64,000 nt of DNA from Ophelia neglecta (taxonomy: Eukaryota): contig OZ260662.1 of NCBI GenBank assembly GCA_965285935.1, forward strand, positions 88,970,001 through 89,034,000, read 5' to 3'. This document shows, piece by piece, positions 1-13,500 of the stretch. Position 1 is the stretch's first letter. The number at the start of each line of letters is the position of its first letter. The notes below the pieces were generated by a model, which ran no database searches, was not told where the DNA came from, and was given only the letters and a program-made list of their open reading frames with translations. The position numbers and the translations under genes were made by a program.

Positions 1-2402
1 ACCAGCTACAGTGTATCCAGCTCATGACGATTGGCACATATTCCAATCTAGAAATAAGATTCTCTTCTATTATCGCTCATCTAAAACGAGTGGTTTGTTT
101 ATAGCATTGCAGAATACTTGTCAAAAGACTTCAACACAGCGGATGTTCGCCAAAAGTCCACCCAGACCCTAATACCCTTTCAACACAGATTCCCACTAAT
201 TTTTCTTTTTTTAATTAGTAGAAACAAAAATACATATTTATATATTGAAAGTCGTTTTTTGGATTATTTACCAAACAGTGTTCTAAGGATTGTGACAAGC
301 AGTTAGACTTTAGAGCAGTTAGCCACAGTGCAGGTGTCCCGTGCGCTGGTCGTTGCCCCTATCACTCTATATTCTCACGTTTTGTAATTTGGATACGTTT
401 TTCTTCGCTGCTGATGCCAAGTCGACATATAATGGGCAATGCCGGAAGTGAACACAATGCCTTGCGCCTTTTGTTAGAACTGCTGAGAGTCACAGTCTGT
501 GAATATTGAATGAGACACCAATTGACCGGGTATCGGACTATCTCGCCGTTTATTGATAAGCATTGCATTGATGCGACAGATTCATTATTATCTCCACAGT
601 CTTTAATCAGCACAGTGAACAAGATGATTAAATGGTGACTGCTCTCTTAGAGGTTTTCATTATCTTAGGCATTGCCCGTTCTTTGGCCTCTTCTCCAACT
701 TCCCCCACAGATGACATGGTCCTTGTCGTTTCGATTTTTCAATACCAATGGAATGTACGTGGCGAGGGTGCTTCTTTGCATCATTCGCAGCGGCGATTTT
801 CCTATACACCAAAAATAAGATTGGATACATCGAGGAACCATTGCTCGGACGATTGTACAGGACCAGCAATAAAGAGAGAGCTTTCAATGGCGGATTGGCA
901 TTCTGGCCACGGGAGCAAGCAGTCTCATGAATCATTCATTGTATCCATGTCAATAAAGCGAGGATCACACATGGGCCAGTGAAAAACACAGACAGAAACT
1001 ATAGCGAACATTGAGACTGACTGCCTTCCAAACCAATGAGAGTATTTATAAGATGACATTTGGTACTGCAGGAGGTGAGAAGAACGAATTTATAGTCAGC
1101 TCCTTCGCACTTCTCTTGCTACAACTTGAGGCTGATAACTATATCACGCCTTCGTCGCACAGTTAATTAAATCTAAATCATGCTGATTTGGTGCCCGGCT
1201 TTTTCCGCGGGGAGACGGGGCCAAAATTGGTTTTCGGGCGTCAACGCTCAGCCTTGGGCTTTATTTGGCCAATTTGGTACTTTGAAGCTGTGGTATGCAC
1301 GAGTTGCTAGACTGACACGGCGGTTTGACCTAAAGGCCTGGGTTTTAACCCCTTAAACAGGACCCATTTGCCGTTAAACATGGCGTACCTATTCAGGTTT
1401 CCAACGCACAAGGCTAATGGATGGGCTTGTATTAAGCTATGTCGATGTTTTGTCTAGTGAAATATGGGTTTAACATTGACTCACTTAATGGACATATGTC
1501 TAAAAGAATGTCATCAATTTGTGTTTGGGATTAAATGGCCAAATACCCTTACAATACTGAATAATTTACATTTGAATTCGCCGTAAAGATATCTCATAAT
1601 TAAACTGGTTAGAGACAAGGTTGAAAACTTTCTGTGTGTGGCTTGTTGTGTTTGAAAGACTCCTATCTAGAGCTATCATCTCGGCTTAACGATCACACAC
1701 ACGAAACCACGTCCCAACTATAAGGTTCCGACGGAAGCACACACCCCAACGCCGCCATCAAGCCGTCAGCTTTCGTGAGAAGCAAATGATAACCGTATTC
1801 TCTCACGAAAATAGGACATCAATTGCTTCATTCAGGAGAAGAGAGTGAGGGCAGTACAGTGACAACTCTCCAGGCAGCTGGCGACCCGCTTTTACATAAT
1901 GGCTTCATTTAGATAACGGTCAATGAAATGTCCCAGACGGTTTTCTAGTTTCCGATTGAAAAATGGCTGAGGCAATAGCTTGCTGTCGAAAGTAAGCTAT
2001 GAAATATGTATGGGCCTAAAGTATTCACTGCGAGCTACAACTGGCAGCGTCCACTTTGGCTGATCTGTCAAATGCGGCCGATCAAAATCTCAATGAAGCC
2101 TGCGCCTTTGTGATATTTCGCTGGGGAACAGAAAGTGTATCGTCCCTTTTTTCTGGGCCCGTCCGCTGATAACCGAACCTTTGAAATCATATTCTGACGT
2201 TGAAGCTCAGTCGTCTGCTTCTCAAGCAGTTCGCCTCTCGGCTGTCGTCTGCTTGTTTTGCTGTCCCACAACGACGTGCAAAGAAAAAAAACGTATTACA
2301 CTTTGCATACTAATACATCAGATCATGGTGCGTACAAAGAAGACTGTAGCACGCGCATTGACAAATAAGCGTGAGCAATATGATGAGTGTATCCAGGTAA
2401 CT

Positions 2403-2450
<48 letters not shown>
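2403..2450. repeat. (TA)n microsatellite
   Basis: About 24 TA units with one interruption. Confidence 0.95.
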
Positions 2451-2451
<1 letters not shown>

Positions 2452-3261
2452 CGTGTGCCTATGAAATGTTACCCCTAATCCTCTCCAATGTCGACGATTT
2501 TTTTTCTCTTTTTTCTCAATTGTAAGATAAAATGATTAATGTGAATGCCAAGATAAAAGTAATCCAGTTGGGGTTTGGATCATATGACGCGTGGGTCATT
2601 TATAACACGCGCTATGCATATATAAGCATACATTTTTAATTTCATCTACAGGGGGAGCCAACCCCAGAGACATCGCTTTAAATTGGCAGTCTTAAAGGTA
2701 CTAAGTGAAAAGAAAAGCCTTTACAATGAAAAAAAAATAGCAATAGCAATATCAAACTTCTAGAATCTGTTAATCCTTAAAAGATCTGAAAATAAAAGAA
2801 TGATGATTACATAATAAGTAAAAGATATTTGCGCGGAAAGTCTAAATCAAGAAGTCAGAAGTTAGTCCTAAACAAACACAGGAATAACCTATACTTTTAA
2901 ACAAAAATCGAGTGCAACATATTTGTTTTAACGACTATAGATCACGAATTTAACGATACTAAAGAGTATTTCAGTTACGACTGGGGCAGAGAGGGAAGCA
3001 CTGGCTAATAGAAAGAAGTGACATTGAATAAGTAATGTTTTCTTAATCATGTGTGATTGATAATTTCTCCCCTTGTGCTATTTTCGGAAATATCTGTAAT
3101 TTTGATAAACAAATGTTTAGTCTAATAAACATACACATTACTTATGAATCAAGGGAAAACATGTTTTCAAACAACTATCCAAAGATGCACCATTTTTACA
3201 CAAAGCTTTAGCTATATGTGATTTTATAATACTTGGACTCAAAATATAGAATCTCCCATAT

Positions 3262-3420
3262 ACTTACGAGGAGCAACCGCAGACGTCTGATTTTTCAATC
3301 AAAAATGGCGCCTAGTAAACCTTGAAACCGGAACCGAGTAACATAAAATGATGCGGAGATGAAACGCGGATTGGCCAATTGCCCGTCCTGCCCCGTGGTC
3401 CGTCTTGCCACGCTCTCCCT
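3262..3420 (-). promoter_or_regulatory. Candidate intronic promoter plus first exon, antisense to neuroligin
   Basis: Clustered YY1-like AAAATGGCGCC (3302-3312), ETS-like CCGGAA (3328-3333), palindromic double CCAAT ATTGGCCAAT (3370-3379), a GC-rich box, and a perfect - strand donor GTAAGT at 3267-3262. Confidence 0.4.
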
Positions 3421-6400
3421 TAACAAAATAGGTAAATTGATAGAATCCTATAGAAAGCCTTACATACGCTGTCATCCTTAGCAACCTGCTCCAGCACCCT
3501 CGATTCCTCTACCCGCCATGTCCACGGAGACAAAGCTACTCAACTAAATGATTAGTAACTGTTTTAAACCCCACCCCCAGGAGCCCGACAGACTCCCAGA
3601 CAAACTAAGTGTACTTGTGAAGTTTACCTCCGATGTCGCCAAGAATGTCTCATTGGCTGGACAGATAATATATCTTCTACTAGAGGTTCTCGTTGGAAGT
3701 TTTCTCCGCCTCTTAAAAGCTTATCAGTGTTGCAGTTGTCGTTCATACGATCACCAGGACTTCATAGCCTAGACGCTATAGGGTCGATGACCCGGGACCT
3801 AGCTTAGTTTTTGTGGCTGTGCCCGAATCCTGCTGAGTCCTACATATTTTGCATTAAGAAATTCATATTGCGTTTTGCCGTGACAGATTTGTCAATGGCA
3901 CTTTTTTGTTTTATTACACAGGGCTTTAAATTTGACGAACTAAAAGTAATGATGGTGCGCATTCAGCTTCACATGTCCTGCGACTGCCGGCTTTTGACAG
4001 ACGACATTATGGGCTCACGACTATCTGTACAAACATTTATAATTTCTTTGAATGGTGTAAAATTAGTGTACACTTTCCCTTCTCTAAGCTCAACCTGCCC
4101 GACACTATAATACTAGGTTATCACCCCAAACCCTGAGCCTTTCCCCCCACCTTTAATCAGTGGGTCGAGATCGTTGTAAGCAGAGTTTACTGTACACGAA
4201 TTGCGATGCTGAACGTCAGGATTTAACGACTGAAAAATAATGTGTAATCCATTGATTGTATCGACTAGGTAAAACATCACAGACACACAAAACAGGGGGA
4301 AAAACTCCTACCGTCGAGGGGTAGGCCCATGAGCCTTATAGCTATTCAAGAAATGGCCGTATTTCGAGACGACTAAAATCGGCTTTTAGAAATAATGATA
4401 GAGATAGATGCCTATAATTGCTAGAGCCAGCTTAACAGACATATTGAAACTCTAACACTGAGCTCCTTATTTGTTCATCATGTGACAATGGCATGAAGTG
4501 GACAATTTAATAAAGGCCTACATTTACTGATGTTTTAGCAAGTACTAGCTAGATCTTAGCAATGCCTATACGTACAACCTTATCATGGTTAAGATGTGTC
4601 TAGTTTATAATGGAGTTTTATGTGTTTTTTAATGTTTAAACAGCGCTTTCTCCGAGCTAATGTGTAAAAATCCTCAAAGATTTATTCGACGGAGGCTCAA
4701 TTTCCATCGGATAAACACTGTATCAACCTCTAATTGTCAGCGCTCTGCCAAACTGTCGCCGAGACAAATGGCCGCCCAATCGTCTTTCGCTTTATCAGAC
4801 CAACACCAGAGGGATCTGCCAGTGTGATTTATTCCCGGCATCCCGCGGGAAATAATGCGGATATAAAAGGATAAAAATATAATTTCCAGGCGATCCCAGA
4901 TAAACCTAGTTATTAAGTAACACACAGGCAAACTTTCAAAATTACATAAATAAATCCATAATAGACGGGGGCAGTGTGTTATGTGAAAGCACGGCTTCAA
5001 TCGCGACCTATCTCCGGCACAGTTGCCGATAACCAATGCCTGTACATAGACGTCAGATGTTGTCGATTTTACGACAACAATGCCGATAGGCCTATATAGT
5101 TATGAGGTCGTGTGCCTATACCAACAGGTTTTTGGTGGGTTTTACTCTGTGCAGTCTTTCCCGCAAAACCCAGATCTCGTATACATATGACTTTCACTGT
5201 CACTGCTCCAATATGTCACACACGGTCAGTCGCAGTGAGTTTTTTTTCCTTATAACTCACCCTCTTGCTGGAACCCATATTATTAACAACAGTCAACAAT
5301 GCGTTCAGTTATATTTGGAGCGTTTTTGGACTTTGTACGCTTCCAGTTATTTAAGGCTTATATACTTCTGCTGCTGACCTTTTTCACCGGATGCCAGGCA
5401 CGAAGGACGCTGGGATTGTTGACCTTGGTTTGCCAATATTGTAAACTTTGCCGTTGGTTACCTTGATCAGTGATTGTTTACACTACTAATCTGTCTGTGT
5501 GTGAAGCCAAAAACTGTCGTCGAACGACCTTGACAAGAAATTGAAGGTTATGGTGTTTTCTTGGAAGTTCGGTTTTTAAATCTGCCTGCTTCGCGAATAT
5601 TTTATGAGCTTTACATGCAGAAAGGTGGCAATGATCACTTCAGTCGCGGCCAGACATTTAATGGGCGCAATGGATAAGCCAAGCAAGTCGGTAGCCATAC
5701 ATTGATCAAGCTGTCTCCTGAATCTCAGTTTAAGCTAATGGCCAATGATGGAAAACGCCACCCTTTGCTGACAAAACTCGCAAAACGGCTCGGCTAAAAT
5801 TTACCGAAACGTCAAGCAATCAATTCGGGTTTGTCGGCACGCACAACAACAATTTAAATAATTTGATTGTTCTGCTTAGTTTACGAGAATAAGCAGCATT
5901 CCAGCTCGTTTGTCTATTCACTTGTGTAATTTTTGCCCAAAACCGTACTGCCTCTGTCAAGATCGCCAATAGGTCGAGGCTGCAAATTGCCCATCACTAT
6001 ATGGCTGCCGGCCTGTGGCTGGAGATGGGTCGCTTTATCATAATATACCTAATATTTGTGGCACCTCCTGACATGGAATATGTAAGGTGTCACGCTATAT
6101 ATGCAAAGGTCTGAAGAGTTTTTTAAGCGAAACATCAAACGACACTATTTCATAGTCTTGGATAAATAACGGGCAATCATTTTCAGTCAACGACAGTAAG
6201 CATAGAAGACTTCTTGAGATGGAAAGTGCCTGGCTTTTTTATCCTCTATATAGGTTTTGTCGGGTTGCTTTCCCATATAGTTATGTTTTTGGGTATGCCC
6301 TGGAACATATGTGTATCGATTCTCATAAAAACAAAACTTGGTTGGAACCAATAGAAAACTAAGGACACTACTTCATTGGAAGTTTTCATTCGTTCAAAAC

Positions 6401-7173
6401 CGTTATGGGTGGAAATTGGTGGCCACATTAATCAGTTAAGTGTTGGGTTGCTTTACTCTGGTAGGTTTATTCTATTATTAGTTAATTTATGAATAGCAAA
6501 GTTTGACTCAAGATTTTTTTAAACATTAAATACATACAGTAGAGATGACAATAAGTACGTTATCGAAGATTAAAAGCTAACTTATTTAAAGAAAAATAAG
6601 TTAATATCCCTAGGATGCGTTCGTTAAGTATGGCGTCTCAAATTCTGGGAGCAGTCACGTGCTCAGTTCCAGTTGAATCTCTTGTCTATAGCACCAGTAA
6701 CCTTCACTTGTCTTCTATTTTTGCCATTTTTAATTACTCGTTTTTTATTTTATCTTTACATTTGCGACATTACATTTCGTCGCTGCTGACCGCAAGTAGT
6801 AGGCGAGCTGTCAAGGAAAGTTTGAAACACAAACAATTTACCCGTTCGCAAAAAAAACCTTTAATGTTGATGCCTCGTGATGGGTTGTACGTCGCAAACT
6901 CGATTACCTAATCTTACGTCGGGAAAAGTTACAGTCGTCCTGTATACGTTAATAGAAAAATTGAATATGTTTAATTGAAGTATAAGTAGTTATTTGTGTA
7001 TGTTCTGAAAGGAACTTAGAAAAGCTATAGAATATTATCTGTTCTTGGCCCACTCCAGCGTAAGATGTTTAAGTCGAATTCAATCATCAGACGGTATTTA
7101 TACAAAACAAATCGTTTTATTCGTTTATGCCATCTAACTGATAATTTATACTTTGAGTCCTACGGTTGGAACA

Positions 7174-7504
7174 ACCAAAGCGTGGCCGAGTGGTTTGAGG
7201 GTCCAGCTCGCAAGTGGTAGATCGGGATTCAAACCTCGATCGCATCAAACCCAAAACATGAAAAATAGGTACTGATGATAGCTTCCCTGCCAGGCGGCCG
7301 GCATTGTGGGGGTATTATTAGGACTGGTCAACCCGGTGTCAGTATAATGTGACTGGGTGGGGTTCCCTGTGTCTACCGCAGGTACTCAATAGATATAGCA
7401 GTACTATAACGAGGGCATTGAGCCCACTGTCACAAGTATAGGCGCCATGACGATATGACCATTTAAGTGTTGAAAGCCACGTAAAAAACCCAAACAATCC
7501 TATC
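7174..7504 (+). mobile_element. tRNA-derived SINE, Meta/MESC-core type, approximately full length
   Basis: A box TGGCCGAGTGG and B box GATTCAAACC. Core aaaataggtact..gcttccctgccaggcg..gcatt..ggactggtcaacccggtgtcagtataatgtgactgggtgg. 3' tail gatatgacc..gttgaaagccacgtaaaaaacccaaac. Family assignment is from recall of Meta-SINE consensus features, not a database search. Confidence 0.8.
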
Positions 7505-10500
7505 TATATAGGGCTGTGCGCATTAATAAAGAAATTGCTTTTTTTGGCAGTACGTTTTATCAGTTCCATGACGAACAGTTCACGAGCAAATAAAAACCTT
7601 AGCAATAGCATTCTCCGTCTCGTTTCAGGATGAACATGGATATTGTCAGATATATACATGGTGACCGTTGTTTTGTAGACGTGTTCTCGCCTTTCAAAGG
7701 TTTTAGTCGATGTGGGCAATATGAGATGAAAGCCACTCGCGTCAAATAGTAACTCCATTTAAATGACACGTTTTATTTATTTTTTACTACATCTTAAAAG
7801 TTATTATCAATATTAACTTAATAGACTAATTCACCGTGCATCTCTGATGGTTAAAGTACAAAACAAACCATAACTTTCCCCTGAAAAGATAACAGACGTT
7901 ACAAATTACCCTTCATACGTTTTGCCTCACTCATAAGCTCTGCATGTGTGTGTGAGAGAAATTGCTAGAGTTAATGAGCAACACCACTTCATGTCTGTAT
8001 ATTTTAACTGTTGAATATTTACAGTTAGACGTTTAAACACGTACGTCCTATAATTGGGAGAATTTCGTCACTAATATCGGAAACATATTTTCTTAAATGC
8101 AATCATAAAAACACAGTGCTATCAACGGACGTGTTGCTCGGTAATTGTTTTCTCACCAAAAAACGTAAAAATGGGAAATTGAATATTCTAACATGGCAGC
8201 AAAATTATGATGAATGAGAGCAACTTGTGAAAATGTCTGGTTTTATGTACATCTGACGATGACAGGACAATGACAAATTATAATGGCAAACATTCACAAT
8301 GAATATTTTATGGTAAATATGTATACAATCATGGAACAATATTACATTGAATTGATATAAACTAGAATTCAAATGTAGGCCTACCAACTCAGAAAATATA
8401 TGTTTGCCCTAGTAACTTTCGTTTCACTTTCACCGTATACTTTCGCTCAGCCTGCTGAATGAACCCATCGCAAATCTTTTCTGCTCTTCATGCTAATTTA
8501 GGCACAATTTAATGCAGGCATAATGTAGGTACCTATCCTTATTAAAGCGTTTTTTTGTGAATCAAAGAAAGCCAACCCTGAAAATCAAAATGAGCACTCC
8601 TTAGGTCATTATTTAACCGTTAGCTCCAGGTCAGCCACATTCGGATTAGTTGAACGGCAATTTAATCGAAGGAGTGTTCACTTGACTAAGCGTAACTGGC
8701 TTTAAGGAAAGTCATTCTTGGCAGTACCACCTTGACAGACTTAAATCATTAGCTGCCCCGCTGTGTAACGGACCTGCGTTCCGATAAACTGCGGCCCCCT
8801 ATAGTAATATACATATATCAGTGCAACATTCCCTTCAGTTTGGTTGCAAAAGACGTCTGCTTCACAGCGCAATGTTACGATTAATTATTTAGCCCTTTAC
8901 AGCACTTGAAAGTGAAGAAAGCGCTGTCTCTTAGGAGCGATGAATTTGATACAGCTCCCATGTTTAAAAAGTCATAAAAAGTCGTCAATTTAATTGGTTT
9001 CTTCACATTTTACTGAGTCAGTGAATCTGCTGATCAGGTTCGTTGGTAATATGTCTTCCTAGTTTGAGGAACGAAGACGAAGCAACGCGCGCAATAGCAA
9101 TAATTTAGGCAAATTGAATTAGTTGATCAGTCATTTAGGCGAGTTTAGTGGCACAATTTCGGACAACCTCTCAGCAACAGCCAAGGTCGAGACAAGTAAT
9201 TTTGCCTATTAAAGATTCTGGGCTGGCCGTTTTAATAGACCACAGACCCACATACCATTAACCCTATAGGCCCATATAAAAGACCTTCAAACAAAGTACC
9301 CAATTAGTAAGTATAGATCCTCCATGGTGTGTCTCATTATGTTATATAAAAAATCGAAATAGTTAACTAGTGTTGTGGATTCATATGACATTCAATTGAG
9401 CTTGGGGCATATAGTTTCACACGGGGCCACGCCAGTCGCGTCCTTAGAAGATTGAGGGGCCTATCATGGCCCTCTCCGGCCAGCGGACATTCCTACTGCC
9501 AGCCTCTCCCTATGATAAATTACACCTCCGAACTGTAAAGCGTCTGTCATCCTCCCATCCTGAATATATTCATTGTGGAGGCTCAGCTCAGAAACAAAAG
9601 CCATTCTCTCAAATGAGTAGGAAGGCGGCATGTTATGAAAATACTGTTATACTGCTTAATTAATATTTAGGCGTGCGTGTAGGATGCACATTTCCTCCGT
9701 CTATTTAAAACGTTTAAATATATAAAGCTCGTTGAAGAATAAGCCCGTAACACATTAGTTAATACATTAAATTTATAAGCGAAAACCGTACTATTTGAAG
9801 ACACATCTTTTGTACTATCAATATTATTAGCTCCCTAATTTTTACATCTAGGCATTCAAACTTCTTCATATTCTGTTACGTAGATTGTTATATATTATAT
9901 ACTACTTTCCAACATATTTTGGTAACCACTTCCATTCCACAACAGACGGCCGTTCTACATAAAGCCCATATTCATTTTGAATCAACTAGTTTATTAAAGG
10001 ATGGAATGTATTAGGGCGTAATATGGCAAATGGCATTTATATGTACTAGTAGGGAAATTATTAGACCAAATATCTTATTCGGCCTAGGAATAAAATATGT
10101 TCTGTGTATATTTGGACCGCCGACCTATTTGACGACTAAACATAATTATGTGAGTGCCGGATATGTCATCCATTTTACCTGTTAATAACAGTTAGAAAAA
10201 GCCACAGAAATGGAAATGGCGGCATGGCTGAATACCAAGAAAACACACGACCTCTAGTGTGGTACGTTTCCTTGTTATTACAGTCACAAACAAAGATCTC
10301 GCTCTCTTTCTCTTCTGCCAAGCTTCCTGTTCTCTGCAAGTTATCGTAGGTCTTAAGACATAACTAAGTTAACATGCACTCTCACTATGGTTACGTTGGG
10401 AAGTGAGTATAAATGAGAAAAAATCAGGTGTATTAACCAAATCCCTCTGTCGTTGAGAGGGAAGTTGAATTCACAAAACAGATTATTATTTTACCTTTTT

Positions 10501-13500
10501 GTAATACAAAGAAACCTGTAATGAGCTGTGATGTTTTCCTGCTTTGTATCCAAGGCAGCCGACATCGTTTCCAGTCATTACGATTATGTTTCTCGGTCGG
10601 CTGCTGAAGAAACCTCTGTGGTATGCCTTTTATTTGCTCTTTCAATTACCGTTTTCTAGCTATATCAGGGTACCTAGACTCGGAAATGGCTTGACGAATT
10701 TTCACACGTCGCCAGAGCGATAAAAGGGAAACGAACGCCAGACAAGCAGGTTGGAGCCATTTGGTAATTGCGTGAAAGTACGATAATCCCGACGGTATGG
10801 GTCTGTTCAGGGCAGACGGCAACTGAATTCGAAAATCGTCTTATGTACATTCCAGTTTAAAGAAATTTATTTTCACACAGCTAAGAGGCCAGATCATTTG
10901 TGCCTCATCGTTAATTGCTTGTTTCTCAACCGACGTACGTGGGATTGGGTTTCCTCTTGTGACATGGTGTCGCACCAGTACCATTGAAGTTCACGGTTGG
11001 TTGAGCTACAAACTACATGTATTCATATTTTAGTGAAAATGACAAATGGAAATGAACGAGTTTAAAACTGGTCTTTTTTTTCCAAAAAACTGCCAAGGCC
11101 GCTGATAAGGTTATATGCCGCCATGCTATGGAGCATACGGACAAGCCAGCCGACAATTGACTAGATTCGTATAGTGTAGTGCGCATGTCTGCTGCCTGGG
11201 TACAAACCTACTTCCGCTTCATCAAATTACAATCAAATCATGTCCTTTGCTTTTATCCTCTGGCATGCTTATTGCTAGTCCCATTAACGTGAAATATCAG
11301 TGCCAAAGACATTTGTGACAACCAGTACAAAGCTATTGATAACGCGGATTTGTGAAGTCTATTCAGCTAATGTGCATTTGTGAACGCTTGATCTGGTCAA
11401 TACCAAATGGAGATCTAACATGCATGGTAGAGTTGTAATTAATTAAGCTTTTATTGCTTCCTACAGCCCTAGAATTCTACAGAGTGGTTGTACCACCCAA
11501 CCAGAATCCCAGTCAAAATTAGTCATGCGGCTTGCATGTCAGCATATTCAATCAGGGTATTTACCAGCGAAGATGCATAACCCTCTCCTATGCCACTTTC
11601 CAGGCCCTACAGACTGCAGATTTATGTTGGAGTGGTGAATCGTCAATGGAGGGCTCTTACAAGGCCTGTGCTGGTAATTTACAGGTCTATCTAGCTGATA
11701 TGAGTAATAATGGTTCTCGTGTCTCCTAAGTCTATCTTCAGTCCTCGTCTAGTTGAGTTTGATTGAGCAATAGTAGCTGTACAAATGGTCGAGAACATTG
11801 TTGGGTCTTGAGCACAAAGCTTATCGGACAGGACAGACCTGTGTGAACAAAGACTGTCCTTGCTTGGTTCCATAAACCCCAGTGCAGCTAACATTTTTTT
11901 ATTGATGTCAATTGCCTTGCTCAGTTAGAAAGTAGCTTATAATTCGTGTAATGCCCACTCGTGTTAATCGATTTGCATGATTTAAATAGACGGGGCATCT
12001 TTTATCGAGCCTCTTTAGAGCTTATTGATACAGACATGTGTGCATTTTAAGTAAAAAAAAACTGTCTTCTCTGGTATCAGCTAACAATGCATTAAGTGTG
12101 CTGTCTTGTTCTTGTCAATAGCTGCCCCAGGGCACCAGGATTCGCGGCATGTATCAGCGAGGAATTTGCCTCATCTCGAACTGATTTTAGCTATAAAATG
12201 ACTATAGAAATGTTGTTTATATCGAAATCTACACCTGCCTTGAGGGATAATGGTCGTAATAAAGAGCCTGATACTACTTTACTTAAACAAAGGCGATTTA
12301 ACTTGAGCAGTTTGCTCTTTAAGAAGCAATGCAGCATTGGATTCTTAATATCCTTTTACCAATTAGTATTTGCACATATAATAAATGTTCATCTTCATTT
12401 AACCTTAAAAATATTAATATCTCTACATTAAGTGGAATAATGTCTAATATCATTAGCCACACATTTAATGAGCAGCCATGTTTATGTCAACTAACATGAA
12501 CATTCTTGAATTGTCTCAAAATGGAGAGCTTGCCAAACACGAGTGGTTCCTGCCGAATTCAGGCATTTGAGCCATTCATCACATACGTCATTCAAACTGA
12601 GTTATTTCATCATTTAAATCATCATAATTTCACAGATCGAAGCACATGACAGGGCGGGTAAGGCCCACCACCCCCGGGGTCATTCCCCCTCAATCACCCA
12701 CGGGCCGGCCGAGTACTACTCCACCAATCAATCTTAACTATACTGTTGTCTACTTCCGCGTAGCAGAACATAATAAGCCAGACGATTTATTCCATTTTCT
12801 GCGTCTCCTTTATTGAGACACATAATGCTAAACATTGTTTGTATTCAATGAACCAGACACGATGTTTTCTTAGCTAAACCGAACACCAGCTGATACCGAA
12901 ACCCCTGAAAACAGACATCTTTGTCTAAATCTTAGTTCCTGTCAAATGCTTGAACCCTTTGCACAAAAGTAATGTTCCCTTGAGGGGATATTTACCCTTT
13001 TGACCGTTGGTTTTGGTTTACGCTTCCTAAAAGCTATCGCCTTAGGTTAACTCTCCAAATATAGATTGTTGACTAGTATGGGCCGATAGGTTTTTCGCGG
13101 TCTAATATTGGCATTCTTATTTGTGCCCGTCCGGACTAGTACACTGGCTGCCTACATGGATGTAACAAGACATGGAATCCGTACATTTAGCCGAGCGAAA
13201 ATTCTATTACCTGTTGTAGCAACTGGACGTTGATCGGCTTATTGTATAGGGGTCAATATTTTACTCCGACCCGCACATAATACTAATTGGATGTTAGCAA
13301 TCTACTGTTTGAGCAATTTTTTTTAGAACTAAGCGTTTTTACGTGCAATATAAGACTAAGTCTTGTAGATTTCATAAAGTCCACTGCTGCTACGGAAGCA
13401 AAGAAGCAGGAAGGTTATTCAACCGGAACGAACCGTACTGCTAGTAAAGCATTAGAGAGAGTTAAAACCGAGCTCCTGGACAAACAACATGTCGACATTC

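Noticed and set aside
324-617. Other CACAGTG heptamers (324, 611; also 8112 and about 43354)
   Set aside because: No inverted partner, no TIR similarity and no TSD; expected background frequency for a 7-mer.
362-982. Overlapping ORFs of 60-116 aa near the window start
   Set aside because: No recognisable domain in any frame; possibly a decayed repeat but unassignable.
1771-1810. 10-bp inverted repeat TTTCGTGAGA/TCTCACGAAA (similar small hairpins at 5058-5079 and 19880/20031)
   Set aside because: Isolated short stems with no TSD or family support; compatible with chance or old repeat debris.
979-2290. Two - strand polypyrimidine tracts ending in CAC (about 2276 and 979) as AT-AC minor-intron acceptors
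   Set aside because: No ATATCCT donor or TCCTTAAC branch site seen; nearby donors are GT. More likely chance or decayed sites.
7174-7250. tRNA gene
   Set aside because: A and B boxes are present but no cloverleaf, and the sequence continues into a SINE core and tail.
12636-12657. AG/GTAAG-bounded 22-nt micro-exon candidate (also a 24-nt candidate at 3922-3945)
   Set aside because: Both give an in-frame stop in the required phase 1; the first also breaks frame.
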